From assembly GCA_012295275.1 (NCBI GenBank), contig CM022669.1, positions 14,198,001 through 14,262,000 of the forward strand: a stretch of DNA of 64,000 bases. The letters run 5' to 3'. Positions 41,520 to 56,900 of this stretch are shown here, piece after piece. Below the pieces are notes generated by a model. That model saw only the letters and a program-made list of their open reading frames with translations, was not told the origin of the DNA and searched no databases. The stretch's first letter is position 1. Every line of letters starts with the position of its first letter. The position numbers and the translations under genes are program-made. This DNA comes from Chrysomallon squamiferum (lineage: Eukaryota > Animalia > Mollusca).

Positions 41520-44349
41520 TGCAGAAATGTACCCATGTATATTATTTTGATACATAACAATCAGATAACAAAAGACTACATTATTTTCTAAAACACACAG
41601 TATTAAATACAAGTTTATTAATATCTACACACACACACACACACAAAAAAGAGCTCAGTGATGCAGAGATTAAAAACGAGGGAACCTGCTATAACATTTT
41701 TTTCTTCTAAAAAAAATCATTTACTTTAGCACACTAGCATGCAGGAGAGTTATCTAGGCAGGCTCAAAATTCTTCACACAAAACAAGCAAGAATACACAA
41801 TAATAAAAAAAAATAATAATAATAATAATTAAAAAATATATATATATCGTAAAAAAAAAAAAAAAAAAAAAAAATAATAATAGTAATAATAATGAAAATA
41901 AAGAAGTTTATATAAATAAATATTTAGATAAACTCTACTCTGCCTGCGTGCTGTGGCAGATACTTGTATACAGTATGTAAAGAGTGGTGATATCTGTGCA
42001 CAAATATATTAATAGTTTAAAACATTATAAGTAACTTGTAACTGATAAAAGGGTTAAAAAAAAACACACAACCCAAACAAACAAAACAAACAAACAAACA
42101 AACAAACAAACAAAACAAAACAAAAAACGTCACCCCCCAAAAAAAAAATATATATACAGCCATATACAACATGATTACAATCCTTTGAAATACTAATATC
42201 AATAGTTCACAGTGGTTGAATAATAAAAAAAAAAATATATATATAATTAATGATTTCAATATAAATATCTTTTGTACTATACACTAATATATATATATAA
42301 AAATTATCTTCTAATTTTCTTTTAATCTAATCCTTTAATATGACCAAAGCTAGCCTAATAACAGACAGAGTTTTAATATTCTAGAAGCAATCAGCATTTG
42401 TAAGAAAGTTGCCAGAATCAAGATAAAATATGATGACATTGACACCATATGTCTGGACATGAGACAAGACAGAAAGTAAATTTATGTATAAAAAATTTAC
42501 TAAATTCAAAATGAATTATGTTGTATATTAAATATAAAATAAAGCTAATAAATACTTTGAAATCTTAGACTGACTTGCAAGGACATGGAAGTTAGAAACA
42601 TTAATCTCTTTAACGTAACAGTCTCATCATAGTTTTTAATTCTTTTTTGTTTATTTATTTGTGTGTGTGTGTGTGTATGTGTGTGAATGTGTGTATGTGT
42701 GTGTGTAGTTTTGAATTCAGAGCTACTCATGGATGACACAGTAACACAACTCTACAACTGTACAAGCCACAACATTAGCGTGCTTTCTGTCTAACATTTC
42801 TATTTTCTCTTCTAATATGAACACAGTAATGAATTTCATTATCAGTTGCATTTTTCTGTGACATTCAGAAAGCTTATTTTTCCAAGAGTCTGGAAAAGAA
42901 TATAATCTGGGTCCAAATTCATAAACAGGTTTTCTTAATACTTAGTTTAATATTAGGTATAAATGTAGTAACCTATTTGCATTGAACAACAAATATTAGA
43001 GTATACTGTTTATGATTTAAAGATATTTCTGATCAAATCTAAGTGTAGCAATTATTAAAGGCTCTCTTCCTTCAGAAGAGGCTAGTAATAGAGGTAGAAG
43101 TTTGTGCACCAGCTAGATTAAGTAAGGTTTTATGAATTTGGGACCTGATCTAAAACTAAAATGACAACACATACAGAAGACAAAATCTAACAATATAACA
43201 CTTTTCCTGATATCGAATGTTATTCTGAATCAGATACACTGTCATCTATCTATTTACCTACCTACTTGTCTGTCTGTCTGTCTATCTAACTATCTATCTA
43301 TAGAACTGTAAAAAATCTTAACTTAATACTTAAATAATATTTAGGCAGCTGATGCTCTTACAAAAAAAAAATGGCTTAAATTATTAAAAGGAATTTATTA
43401 TGTTTTCTAAACACTTGGTGTTGAGAAATAATATAATTAAGTTAAATATTACCACAATGAATAATAAACATGAATGCCCGAAGTGGGTCACTTGATTTTT
43501 TTTTTTTATTTAATTTGCAGTACCATAATCGAAGTTTCATCTGATTCACAACAACAACAACAGATTTACAATATTAATTCTGCGAAGCTGTCAGGATGTG
43601 TTACAAAACTACTGAGAGTGACAACACTGAGAGGAGACATGAATTTTGAGCCAGACGTAGAGAGCTCACCAGATGAAGCAACCGTTTGCTTCTGTCTAGA
43701 AGAAATTGCGAAAAGTTAGGATTATGAATTCCTGGAATATTTAAACCTTTCACCTGAGTCAAGCAAAGCAGCAGGAAGAAAAGAAGGGAAAAAAAAAGAG
43801 GAAAATAGACAAAGACAAATTATTAGATATTATAAGTAGTAATATCAAAAAAAAAAAAAAAAAAAAAAAAAAAATAATAATAGTTATAATAATAAAATTT
43901 AAAAAAAAGAAAAATGGTTCAAGAAAGAATAATATGAAGAGAAGATAAATGTATGTAAAAGGTATTAATAAATATTGATAATGTATGGCATTTATTAACA
44001 CGTCAAATACTTATTTAATAGCGGTGTATTAAGAAACTGACAGAAAATGGATGATAGTAACATTCAACCTGTCAATTAGGGCTACTTTTAACATTATCGT
44101 GTCAACTATAACACTGAGAGTAATGATAATTTTAAAACTGTGTTAGTAATGGAAGTCTTATTGCTCTTATGAGTAATACTCTTATAAAGTTCATGCAAAA
44201 GAGAAGAATGTGTTAAGCAGATACAAACGATACAGTAAACGATGATTTATATTTTGGTTAAAAATAAATAAACACAACAAAAAAAAAACTGTTAAATGTT
44301 TACGTTTGCCAACAAGAAATCAACAGGCACAAACAAAAAGAATTAATTT

Positions 44350-44386
<37 letters not shown>

Positions 44387-47300
44387 TATTCAGTTCTAAA
44401 TGTATTTTATTTACTGTCTGGTAAAATAAGAGTAGTTAAGACTACCTAACAAGTACAAAATGATTTTAAATATATAGAAGAAATATGTTTAAAATAAATA
44501 CAAGAAAGAATGAATTATTAAAATAAAATGTTTTAATGCTGAATAAAGCAACTGCACACACACACACACATTAATGTTATTAGAATGCATATAAAAGTGC
44601 TAAATTGTAAACATTATTTCAATCACACAAACCCCATAACACACTTATATCAGGGATATTAGATAAGCTAACTGAAAATAAACTAGAACAAAAATTATTT
44701 CTTTTTCATTATATAATGAAGTAACTTTGTCCACGTTATTTACAGATCTTATTGCAGCAATTATTAAAATGTCCACAAAACATTTTATTTTATCTAAGCA
44801 TTTCAGCTAACTGCAACCTTTCCTCAAGGTTTTAATACCAAAAAGCTTTCACACTTCAGAGTTAGTATATCTAATCCCAGAATTAATGCGAAACACTCTG
44901 TTAGAAAAAATAACAACTAAATTATGCTAAAAACAATATACAGATGTATATAGGTAAATGCTTGTTATATATATATCTTCCCATAACACCACTTTTTAAA
45001 AGCCAGCTTACCACTGAAGCACTCTGAAATATTATTAAAGGAAACATTCAAAATATACGAGATCCGACAAATCTGCCCTAGAAAATAATTACTCAATTTA
45101 TTCTCAATGATAGTAAACTCTTAACAAAATATATAAAAAAAAAAAATAAAACACAAACAAAAACTAATTAAACTCATGTTTTAAATTTGTTGGGATTTAT
45201 TTTTTTAAATTTTATTTCTGTCTCCACATCAACTGTAATATATTAACTAGGTGAAAAGGAACCAAAGACAGGACAGAGTTCACACTCACCACTGACGACC
45301 CTCGGCCTGTCTGATAAAAGGAAGAGCTCGCATGGAAAGACTGAGGTGTGCTGGGGTAGTAGGGCGTCCCTGGGGTCTGGGTCCCGCTGTACTGCTGCTG
45401 GGAGTTGTCCTGTGGGGTCTGCACAACCAAGAACTCGGGACAGTCGGGCGGTGAAGGGTTAGGGCTGAAAATTGAAATCAAGAATGTTCTTCGTCAGAGG
45501 AACGGTGGTTACAGGCTTAGTGATTGTGTGAAGGATTTGATGTGAACTTAAATCTGGTTCTATATTTATTCAGTATGGAGTGTAATTGTATTTATTCAGT
45601 TTGGAGTATAATTGTATTTGTGTCTGTGTGTGTGTGTATGCTCGCAAATGTGTGTGCATGTGTGTGTGTATGCTCACATATGTGTGTGCATGTGTGTATT
45701 TGTGTCTGTATGTGCTTGTGTATATGCATGGATGTTTTATGTATTTATTTGTTTAAATCTGGTTCTCTATCTGTAAAGCTTCTTTCCCACAGACATGTAT
45801 AAAAACACACACCCACACACACCCAAATGCTTCATACAATGTCAGTCAACAATTAAGTAAATCACAAATGATCTCTGTTACATTTACATCATATACTACA
45901 TGTATCAAACCATTGTAACAGCACATAAACACAGACACTAAAACACTGATGGCAAAGTGTTAAATAATAAACCAGTCTGTTCTTACTTTCTGAGACATTC
46001 AATGTCATACTCTGTCTCATCTTCCAGCCAAAGCGGTGGATGAAGAATTGCTCCAATGTCCAGTTCCACCAGTTCTTTCTGGGTTGCCAAGGCAATGCAG
46101 TTAAAATTTGCCTGAAAGGAAACAGAAACACTGGACTGTAATTATAATAAAATTAAAAAAGAAATGTGTATATAATATATACACACACACAAATACAAAC
46201 ACAAACTTGTACAGCTTCACAAAACATTATTATGAAAAGAAAAAATTATACTTTGGGAAAACATATTCATATTTGTTTATATATTAAATTTATTCTTTTT
46301 TTTTATCTTCTTCTTCTTTTATTTTACTTTTTATTTATTTTTTTTTTTTCCCCAAAAATAAGAAACAAATATATTAAAAATAATAATTCTGAAGTTTGAA
46401 AAAAATATCTTCTAAATTATTATTTAAACCAAATTATAAACTTAGTAAAAATCAAGTTCGATAAAAATTCTTCTCTTTTTTTTTTTTTTTTATCTTTTTT
46501 TTAATTATGAAAATTAGTAAATAAAATATATTTAAACACAAAAAAACCCCAACATATTTGGTATATACTACCATTTAAGAAAAATAAGAAGAAAAATTCT
46601 GAAATATATAACAAACACTACAGTGTAGAGAAATACTTATTAAGCATTTAGTCCATGGCTGATACTGAAGAGACAGTTCTCTTACAAAATGAACAGACAG
46701 ACAGATAAACTCACTTACATACAGACATGATGTTTAGAAGAAGCAGACAGTGGCAGATAACGTTAATGATGAAAATTTAATTTTATGTGAAATGCTCTTT
46801 TCTCATTTCATTACAGTTAAGTCACTGATTTCTTTAACAAGACCTTCTGGACATATACAGTGCAGTAGATAAAACTTTGCTGTGGAAAATAATCATCCTC
46901 TTTTAATTGTTTGATATTAAATTATACTAGTGTGTAAAACTTAATAACGGTCCAATCATTTATTTTTTCTACAGATCTCCTGTGTCTTAAGACAAATCAG
47001 ACATTCAAACTTAATAAAAACAACAAAACTTAAGGGACAGAACTGTTTGTATTTGTGTCATTAATTAACGGAAGACTTTATATAATTTTTGTGGACAGAG
47101 AGTATGACATGCTGACAAAATGCAAAAGGAAATTTTCCCATCATATGGATTAGAAGATGCAAACATTTTAATAGTCTTATGCAAACATGCAACTTTGAAA
47201 ATATTCCCAACACCAACTGTGAAGGACCATTAAAATTATTAATAAACAAAAAAACCAACACAAATAAATTATAAATAGGTGAACTGAATCGTTTAGGATA

Positions 47301-48795
47301 AAGTAAAAAAAAGTAAAAGGTCAAATGAAATAATAAATACAAAAATGTATGTGTGGATAGCATGGAACAACAAAACAAATATTCTCATGTAAATGTGATG
47401 AGTATGATTTCAATTAATGCAAACTGAATTTCCAAAAAAATTAAAAAAAATAAAAAGAAGGAAAATCACTAAAAATAATAAGAAAAAATCACATAAAAAT
47501 AAATAAAAAATAGAAATAAATTAAAATGTTGTTTAAAAAATGAAAGAAATACAAACGTTTATGTTAAATCTGCCTAGATGTAACCACCAGTATTCAAAAT
47601 GTGTAACTCTTATGCAAGAACAAACCCTTCATCCATTAACAAACTTTAGTCATGTACCACACGCTCACCAAGCTGTCATAGCTAGTGTGTATTTAAAAAA
47701 AAAGGGAAAACAAATAAAATAACCCCTCAATTAAAGGTCTGTATATTTATAAAAGTGGGACAAATGAAAATGATCCAAACAGACTGAATACTTACAACCA
47801 CTGAACCTGTTTGTTCAATGCTCACAGGGTATGGTGGTCTACCCTAGAGTTAGTTTATTTTCAAATCATTTAAAAAAAAGGAAAACAAAAATATAAAAAA
47901 ATAAATAAAAACAAAAAAAACAAACAAACAGTAGGACATATAACAAAATAAAAAAAATAAAATAAAATAAAATATCCCAAAATAAATAAGAATATTTAAA
48001 ATTTAAAAAAAAAATTAAAAAAACAGAGGTTCAACAATGTAACTGGTCAAGGGAATTAATTTTAAAAAAACATTTGAACTTTACTGATGTTAGGAAAAAA
48101 AGAAATATAATTATTTTAACAGTATAAAATATATATTGTTAAACACAAATTTAAAAACAAATTATATATATATATATATATATGTAAAGGAAAATTGTAA
48201 TAACAAATAAACAAAAAAAATTAACAAAACAAAAACAAACTAAAATAACAACAAAAGCGCAAGTGATGCAGCTTTAGAATGACTTGTATCCACATAACTG
48301 AGATACTGTTATTTATAAATCTATTTAAAAAGGTATAAATGTACAGGTCTATACTCTGTGAAATACGATAAAGAGGCAACTAAATGCAAGGAAATGAAGT
48401 AGTTAATTAGTGTTTTCATAACTCTTCATCTGCATTCCTAACTAACTGTTATTAAATCTATATCAAACACATTAATATGACGTTGACTATGAATTTTAAA
48501 GCTACAAAACATTTTTGGGTAACTGTCTGTTAATATTAGTACATAACTCGAGTCTAGTTTTTACTATAGCAGCCAAGCATACATAATATGCAACTTAAAA
48601 ATAAAATAAAATAAAAAATAAAGTGGAAATGGAAATAGCTCAAATGGATTATTAACAAGGACTGATCCCACATCCCTCTGAATATGAGATGCATGAACAT
48701 TATTTGAGTTACAACCATTTTCAAGAAGTTAACTTGTTAAGTCAGAAAAATGAAGATTTATTTCTCATTGTTCTACAATAATAATAATAATAATA

Positions 48796-48829
<34 letters not shown>

Positions 48830-51800
48830 TTCTTAGAAAAATTTCAAAAATTAATTATGTATATATTATTATTGATTGTGAGTGAGGTATTTTTGGTAGG
48901 TATTGTTTTTGTCCTTATTACTGGTTTATTTGTGGTTGGGAGGTAAAACATTAAACAGTTTTAAACACAAACAGTCTACAGAAAAGGCTGAGATACACAA
49001 AGGAAAACAACAAAATAAAAATAGTGGCAACTAGATAAATGTCTATATTTTTGTTCCAGAACTATTTTATTTTGATAAATTACTTATTTACAAATAAATA
49101 AATAAATATCTATATCTTTCTTTCTATCTATCTATCTATAGTTCAAAGTTACCTCTTATGTTTTTCATTTAAAAAGTAACAAATAGATTGTTGTTATATA
49201 CAAGCTATTTTGTTTTTTATTGTTTAGCTTTTGTAGCCAACAATGGAATCAGTATGCACAAAACTACTACTCTTTGAGAGCAGTGAGTTTTAGAAATAAA
49301 ACAGTTAATTCAGTTTCTATATTATAATTATTTAAAACTGCAAGATAAAAGAAATAATTGGTTACTCTCTTAAGATGTCAGCTTTATCTTGTTAAGTTCA
49401 AACGGCCAGTTGCTTTGGGGCATTATCACTTATACAGGATAAAGCCATTATCTTAATTTGAAAAAAAGGTTTAAAAACTAATATTCATTTTCTGACATTT
49501 TTAATTCTTTTTATTCTTTTATTTTATTTTATTTTATTTTTTTTTTTTGACTGATGTTTGTAACAAATTAAAAATCCAACTCTAACAAAAGCAAACAAAA
49601 GTTGTAACAGCTTCAACGTGCAAATGGAACAAAAACGGTGAACTAAAACATAATTTGTTTGGCTCTGTTTTTATACTTTGTTTGTTAAATATACCTGTTC
49701 TAGTCTGATGGAAAGTCCACTCTTTTGAAAACACAAATTAAAATCACATGAATTCACAAAAAGATACTACAATAAAAGTATACACGAGAGATATGAATAT
49801 AACAGCAGATGCTTAAATTAAGATAAAAAAAAAAAATGAAATTTAAAAGACAAAAAGTACAATCCACTTTAAGACAATAAATCTACTTCTAAAACAAATT
49901 TTTGAAGTCTATTTTTTACAGACATGCAGGATAATATATCTTGTAATGAATTCTTTTCTATTATTAACTAAAAACAATACTATTTCTTATTCAAAAATAT
50001 AAAAGCTACACCATGAATGTTACTATAAATTTTACTGTTTTATGATCTTTAACAAAATGGATTTTTTTTTTCTATCAAATCCTTTTAGCAAATGCAAAAA
50101 TTTATTTATAAAGCAAAGTAATTTTCAATGGTGGATACAGACTGATAAAAAAAAAAAAATAATAATAATTAAAAAAAATAATACCAACATATTAAAATGC
50201 ATTACTACTGACTAATAAGGTTAATAAAAAATTATAATAAAATAAATAATAATTAAAAAAATTCTTACAATAAGGAAAGATGATTGATAATACCGTAACA
50301 GTTAAATTTTTAATCTGCAATATAATAATAATAATAATAAATAATAATAATAAAAAGACTATAAACAAATTACCTGGTTACTGGAAAATGCAGAGATAAC
50401 ATCTTGTTCTTTATGAATGACCTTCATCGGATCAGCTACTTTGATGCTGTGTTCGGAATGATCTGAACTGCTTGTTCGGAGGGATTCCTGAATTAAAATA
50501 TTTAAATTTTAATAACATTTTTCTGTTTACAATTACTTTAACTACTTACTCCAAGAGATTCCTGAATTAAAATATATGAATTTTATTCACATTTTTCTGT
50601 TTAAAATGATTTAAACTACTTATTCCAAGAGAACTCTGAATTAAAATATTCAAACTTCAATCACAGACTTAATCAAAACAATGGGTTTTTTTTCGGTTTT
50701 TTGCTACAATTCAAACTTGATTATTCATAAATGTATGATATTTTTATTTGTCAAATATTTGTATTTTAAATAGTATTTCATCCAATTTTATTATGTTCAA
50801 CGATGAATGAATGAATGAATGAATGTTCAATGACAGAGCAGCATGAAAAAACATGAGTGTCAAACCAAAGATAAATACAAAAAAAAAAAATGGTGATTAC
50901 TTTATATATAAAAAATTTAAAAGATTATTATCTTCAACAAACACAATGGGGGAGTCATTCATTAATTTACTTCAAACAATTATTTAAATAATTTATTATC
51001 AAATCACTAGATACTCAAACACAGAGAACAATATACAATATCAACTATCTTTTGAATTTTTTTGTTTCTTGTTTTCTTTTTTCATTTTTAGCTCAATTCT
51101 CACTAGACAAACCTCACTGTCCTCCATCAACTTCCTCTGTCTGTAGATGTATCTGAGAAATACGTCTTTCAAATAGTCCTGCTTCACCAGCTGAAACCAC
51201 AGACGCTTGATTGGTAATGTTGCATGACCAGGCCTGTAATTTTAAAAAAAACATATCACAATCCATCACGTGCAATATCAGAGGTATTCATTACAAAACA
51301 GTCTGAAGACAAGAGCTAAAAGAAAACATTTGCAGAAACAATTATTATTTGTTTAACTCCATATCAAGTTATTTCAGAATTAATCGTCATTATTATGACT
51401 TTATAAAAAAAACTCACGTCACTTATCTTTTTTTTTACATATCTTCTTACATTAAACATACTTTATTATTAATGTTGATAGGAAAAAGGAAAGCCGCGGT
51501 TTTGACTTTACACTGACTGAATAATGATTGATGGATTAAATTAATTAATAACTGCTTATTAAAAGATTCTAAAAGACAAACAGCATAAACGATTTGACTG
51601 ATGAACTAACTGCCAGCTTGACGAATGGTCTTAGCATCTGTCTGACTGACCAGTTGTTTTTCTGTTTCCTTGATTAACTGTTTGCTTGATTAACTGTCTC
51701 ACTGACTGACTAACCAATTTCTTGTTTGCCTAATTAACTGTCTGACTTAGTGTTTTACCATTTACTTGATTATCTGTTGGCCTGACCGACTGACTTTCTT

Positions 51801-53875
51801 TTTGCATTCATATCTGACTTAATGAATAACCGATTTAGTGTTTGGTTGAATGACTGTTTGACTACTGCTTTTCTGACTACCAGCACATCTGACTCACAGA
51901 CTAATATATTTAGTGTTTGCCTGACTGATGTGCTGACTGTCAGTGTGATTATCTCAACAACGCTTACGTGAAGGGTGTGTTAGATGGATTAAGCAGAGCC
52001 TGATACTTTGTTGATGGCATCGTGCGGTCAACATCAAAGTAGAGTCCTGGAATGTAATTGTCTGGAGGTCCGGCAAACATGTCCAGTCGGTTTTGTAAGT
52101 ATTCGTCCCACTGCATCAGAGTCTTCATCACTGCATGCAGCAGTGGAGAGCAGTTTGGAAGTTCTGCAGTTGCAGAAAGTAAAAATTAAAGCAAGATTGA
52201 TGGTTTGTTTTACTCTCCTTTTTTTAAGAAAATGTAAAGGTGCTGTATGTAAGTTATCTTTTTTTTAAAGGAAAAGTTAAAAATGTTGTTTATTTTTCTG
52301 GTGGTCTGAATGATAATGGACTTAAGTTTTAAAAATCAAAATTTGTATTTGTGAAATTATGGAGAAAATGTAATTGTTAAAAATATGGATATTACCACCA
52401 ACACAAACATCAAGAACAATAAAAATAGCAACAACAACAACGACTATAATAACAAAAACAACAGTAATAATAATAATAATAATAAAATGTTTAAAATTAA
52501 TAAATAACTAATTAAAATATGAAATTTATAAAAAATTAAGAATGCATTTTAATTAAAATGTCAGCTAAGGTAAATAAAAGTAATTAATCAAGAGAAATTT
52601 AAGATTTTAATTGAAACTGGTATAATGAATATGTTTCATACAAAAAGCCCCGGTTTCTCACCTTGGAGTTCGATACCTATTACAGGTAAGAACTGGTTCA
52701 AGTTGTGCAGGACAAGGTGCACTGAAGCGTATCTAATCAAACACCAGGTGTAGGAGTTGGGGTCATTGTGCTGGTGTGTGGTGGTCAACGACCTGAACGA
52801 AACAAAACAGAATTTATCAGAAAATACTGGAACTGAGAAACTTGTTTTTACTACTCTTTTTTCAACATCTCCTAACAAAACAGTAATTAGTTTCTGTATT
52901 GAAAGTATTTAATTATCAGAGTGTATATTGTAATAACTGTGGATGTAATTCTAGGACACTGATCCAGAAAATATATTCACAACAGTGATATACTCTGGTT
53001 AATATTTTCAAATCGCAAGAAACTGCTTTGCTTAATACTGAAAGAAATAAAGAATTTTGTTAAAACTTCACTGCACTCAGCTTTATTCTTGCTTTGACAT
53101 AAAATTTTTAAAGTTTTTTTTAATTGTTTATTTACTTTGCTCTAAAATGTATTATGACACTCAGTATAGTGAAAAGCAAAGTGGACTCCATACAGTTTTT
53201 GTTAGCCTAAATGATAATATATATCATATATATTTGAAATAATATAAATCACATAAAAATAATTCACCATTTCAGTTATTCTAAAAAAGAGGATATTTTA
53301 CTTTGTATGTATGTATGTATAAATATATAATTTTGGTATTTATTTATTATTTTTTTCAGTCTGGATATAATTATTTGAGATCACACAATAAAAAAAGTTA
53401 CAAAGTTTTTGGTCGATCTCCTTCCTCTTCATCCTCAGTGTCCTCTCTCTCGGAATCCTCTGACAGCATCGAGTCATCTGAATCGTAGCTGATTATCGAC
53501 TCACACGAGGGGACGAAAGGCTGAAGAATGCACAGGAACAATAAAACAAAGCTAATAACTTACACACTGAAACACCATCAACATAATATAGATACATATT
53601 CTATCATCTACATATGTTCAGTTTTATCGACCGGAATGAAATGATTTTGTCATAAATGTTGAAAGTGTTGGTACTTTCAAAAATACATTAAGACTTTTTA
53701 AAAAAATATTTGTGACCTAAAAACTAGGTTTCATAAACTTGTCTTGGGATTTTTATTATTATTGTCATTATATTATTATTATTACTGTCATTATCATTAT
53801 CATAATTATTATTACTATCGTTATTATTATTTTTATTCTCATTACTGTTCTTGTTATTCATTGTTGTTGTTGTTA

Positions 53876-53910
<35 letters not shown>

Positions 53911-56900
53911 TTTGTCATGAAATATGTGATCATGCTGAGTTCGGGGCCGACAAATTTCTCTTTGTACGTTTCTTTCATTTCACTGTTTCTGTTTGAAGTG
54001 GGAGTTTGACTCATCAGCTTCATGTTCAGACGCATTCTCTGTTTTGTCAGGTCATCTGACCCTGGTACTGCAACAACAAATATATCATAGAATTACTTTC
54101 ATTTAATGCAGGATTTAAAAAATCATAATAAATTAGGAAATTATTATTATTTTTTTTTTTTTTTTCCTGAAATTTAATAACATCTCAAACAATCATAATA
54201 TGTGAAGAAAAAAAAGAAGTTTTTCCTTTCATTTAAAATTATCTCATTCATTAATGATAATATGAAATTTAAAAAAAAAAAATTTTTAATTTCATTTAAT
54301 ACAAACTCAATACAAAACAATCATAATATGTCAGTTAAAAAAACAGTTTCTTTAGTGTAATCTCAAGCAATCATAATGTTAATAAAATTTTGATCAAAAG
54401 AAATGTAATTTCAAACAGTTATGAGACGTTATCAAAATATAATTTATTTTTCATCACTTAATAAGAGTATTAAGACCCTTGATATATTTTATTATTATTA
54501 TTACCATCATTATCATTATTATTGCTTTTTAAAACCTTCATTGATGAAATGAAAGGAAAACTGCTGTAATTAGTCTACGGGTTACCCCCTTTGAGTGAAC
54601 ACCCCCCAAAAAAAACAAAAAAACACACAAAAGAAACAAAACACATCACTGATGATTATGGTCTTTATGCTTAGTCACAAACAAAAAATAACCTGCTATA
54701 TCCACAAATTAAAAAAACATGCACAGATGCATCCAGGAATCACACATGACATACATCTCTCAGTATGATGATATGTGTGCAAAAATTACTTCTGTGACAT
54801 AATCCATTTTACTTGCTATAAGATCAGACCAATAGGATTTCTGTTGTGTAATTTTTATTTAAAAAAAAAACCCCAAACAAAACAACTTACAGAATAACAG
54901 AACTACTTACAGTGCGGAACTGACGAACTTGTTTTTACCAAAGTCTTCACACCTCCCCCAAACAATGCTGACCACATCTTCTGGTCAAAATTGTGTGCTA
55001 CAAGTCTGTACAGGATGAGTGGGTCATAGGATGAAAGGCCAGTGACCAGGAGACTCACGAAAACGGCGAAGAGCGACTCACAAAGCAACATGTGTAACTT
55101 GGGAGCATCCTCGTCTTTTTCTCTCGCTATCAGAACACGCAGTGAGGTCACTCCTAACAACAATAATAACAATAACAATAACAATATGAATAAAAATAAC
55201 AATAACAACAACAATAACAATCATAATGATAACAATATGAATAAAAATAACAATAACAATATGAATAAAAATAACAATAACAACAACAATAATATAATAA
55301 TAGCAAGTAATAATAATAATAGTAGTAATAGTAATAATAATAATAATGATAATAATAATAATAATGATAATAATAATAATAGTAATAATAATAATAATAG
55401 TAGTAGTAACAGAAATAATAATAATAATAACAATAACAATAATAGTAAAAAAAATAATAATAATAATAATAATAATAATATCAGCAATACTGATAATAAT
55501 AACATCTAAAATATTGATAATAATAACAACAACAATAGTAATATTGGTAATAATAATAATAAAGATAACAACAACAATATCAGTAATGATAATAACGATG
55601 ATAGTCATAATAACAGCAACAAAAACAGATTAATAATAAACAATCTGAATTTAAATAACAAAACAATGATTTGTTTAGTACCTCTTTTTTCTGATATTGT
55701 ATTTTTTTTTAATTAAATAATTGTGACAATAATGTTATATTATTAGACCTAGTTCTTTTTATTAGACCTAACTGTAGAAAGAAAAACAATTATAATTCCA
55801 ACGAGCTAAAAAAATTTTTTTTTTTAAATCCTGTTCCATAACAGTTGAGAATTTATAATGCAAGCTAAAAGAAAAAAAAAAAGAAAAAATAAATAAATAT
55901 AAACTGCATACAAATTTCAAGACAATTTTCACATAATATGACTTTTCTCAAACTTATAATGAAAATTAAAAATTTAATTTTAAGCTGATGGTTGTCACAA
56001 ACCTGGCCATTTTGCTGGCGAGGTGTTCACAACTTCTTCTGAGCTATCCCCTGATCTCATTCTCTTACCTCGGACCCCAGCCATCAGATGACTGGCCTGT
56101 GTCACAAAGTTTGGACTGAAACAAGGAGAAAAACAAACTAAATATAAACATTTTAAACATGTAGGAATGTAGTGGATGAATCAGTGTTAATAAATGATTA
56201 AATAAACTACTGACTGGGATCATCTGCTAAAACTAAGTTAAATACTAACACTATAACAAAATTAAAAAATATACATAAAAAGAAAAGAAAATACAAAAAT
56301 AACAACAACAAAACAAGCTGTCTTTAAATTCAGAAATAGACAAAAGATGCATTCAAAGAAAAACCTTAAAAGGAACATAACTGTTATATGATCATCATAT
56401 AAAAAAACAAAAAACTAAAAATAAATGAATAAATAAATAAATAAAGAAAAAAATTGAAAAAAAAAAAAACAAGAAAGAAAAACTAAATAAAAACAACAAT
56501 GACAAAAAGAAACTAAGAAAAGAATCATTCAGTGCTTATTTCTTAATTATCCGTACCTTGTAAAACCTTCGAGGCCCACATCGACATCGTTAAGTGCCAC
56601 AATAAAGCTGTCACTGTCACAGAGACACTGATAGATACAGGACGACAATGCCACAGCCAGATTCCTCATGATGGACACATTCCCAGAGTTTGTCTCCAGC
56701 GTCGGTGGAATGACAATTTCTATGATGGTGTGAAGCAGGTCTTGGGACAAGCACTGGAGATGTTGGATGGGGTCGGCTATAACAGTCTTCGAGCTGGCAA
56801 TGCTTGCTGACAACAGCGGGAGGGTTGTCGGGAACGGCAGGGGAGACAGCAACTGCTGCTGCGGCTTCTCCTGCTGAAGTTCCTGCAACAGCAGCAGCAG

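Noticed and set aside
41935-41995. Second possible small DMXL cassette exon
   Set aside because: No pyrimidine tract, weak donor and no recognisable peptide.
43474-43719. 81-aa plus-strand ORF
   Set aside because: It is an antisense shadow overlapping the minus-strand cassette exon and has no independent support.
38100-45830. (AC)n/(GT)n pairs bridging intron ends as described in fish
   Set aside because: Orientation relative to donors and acceptors is inconsistent between introns.
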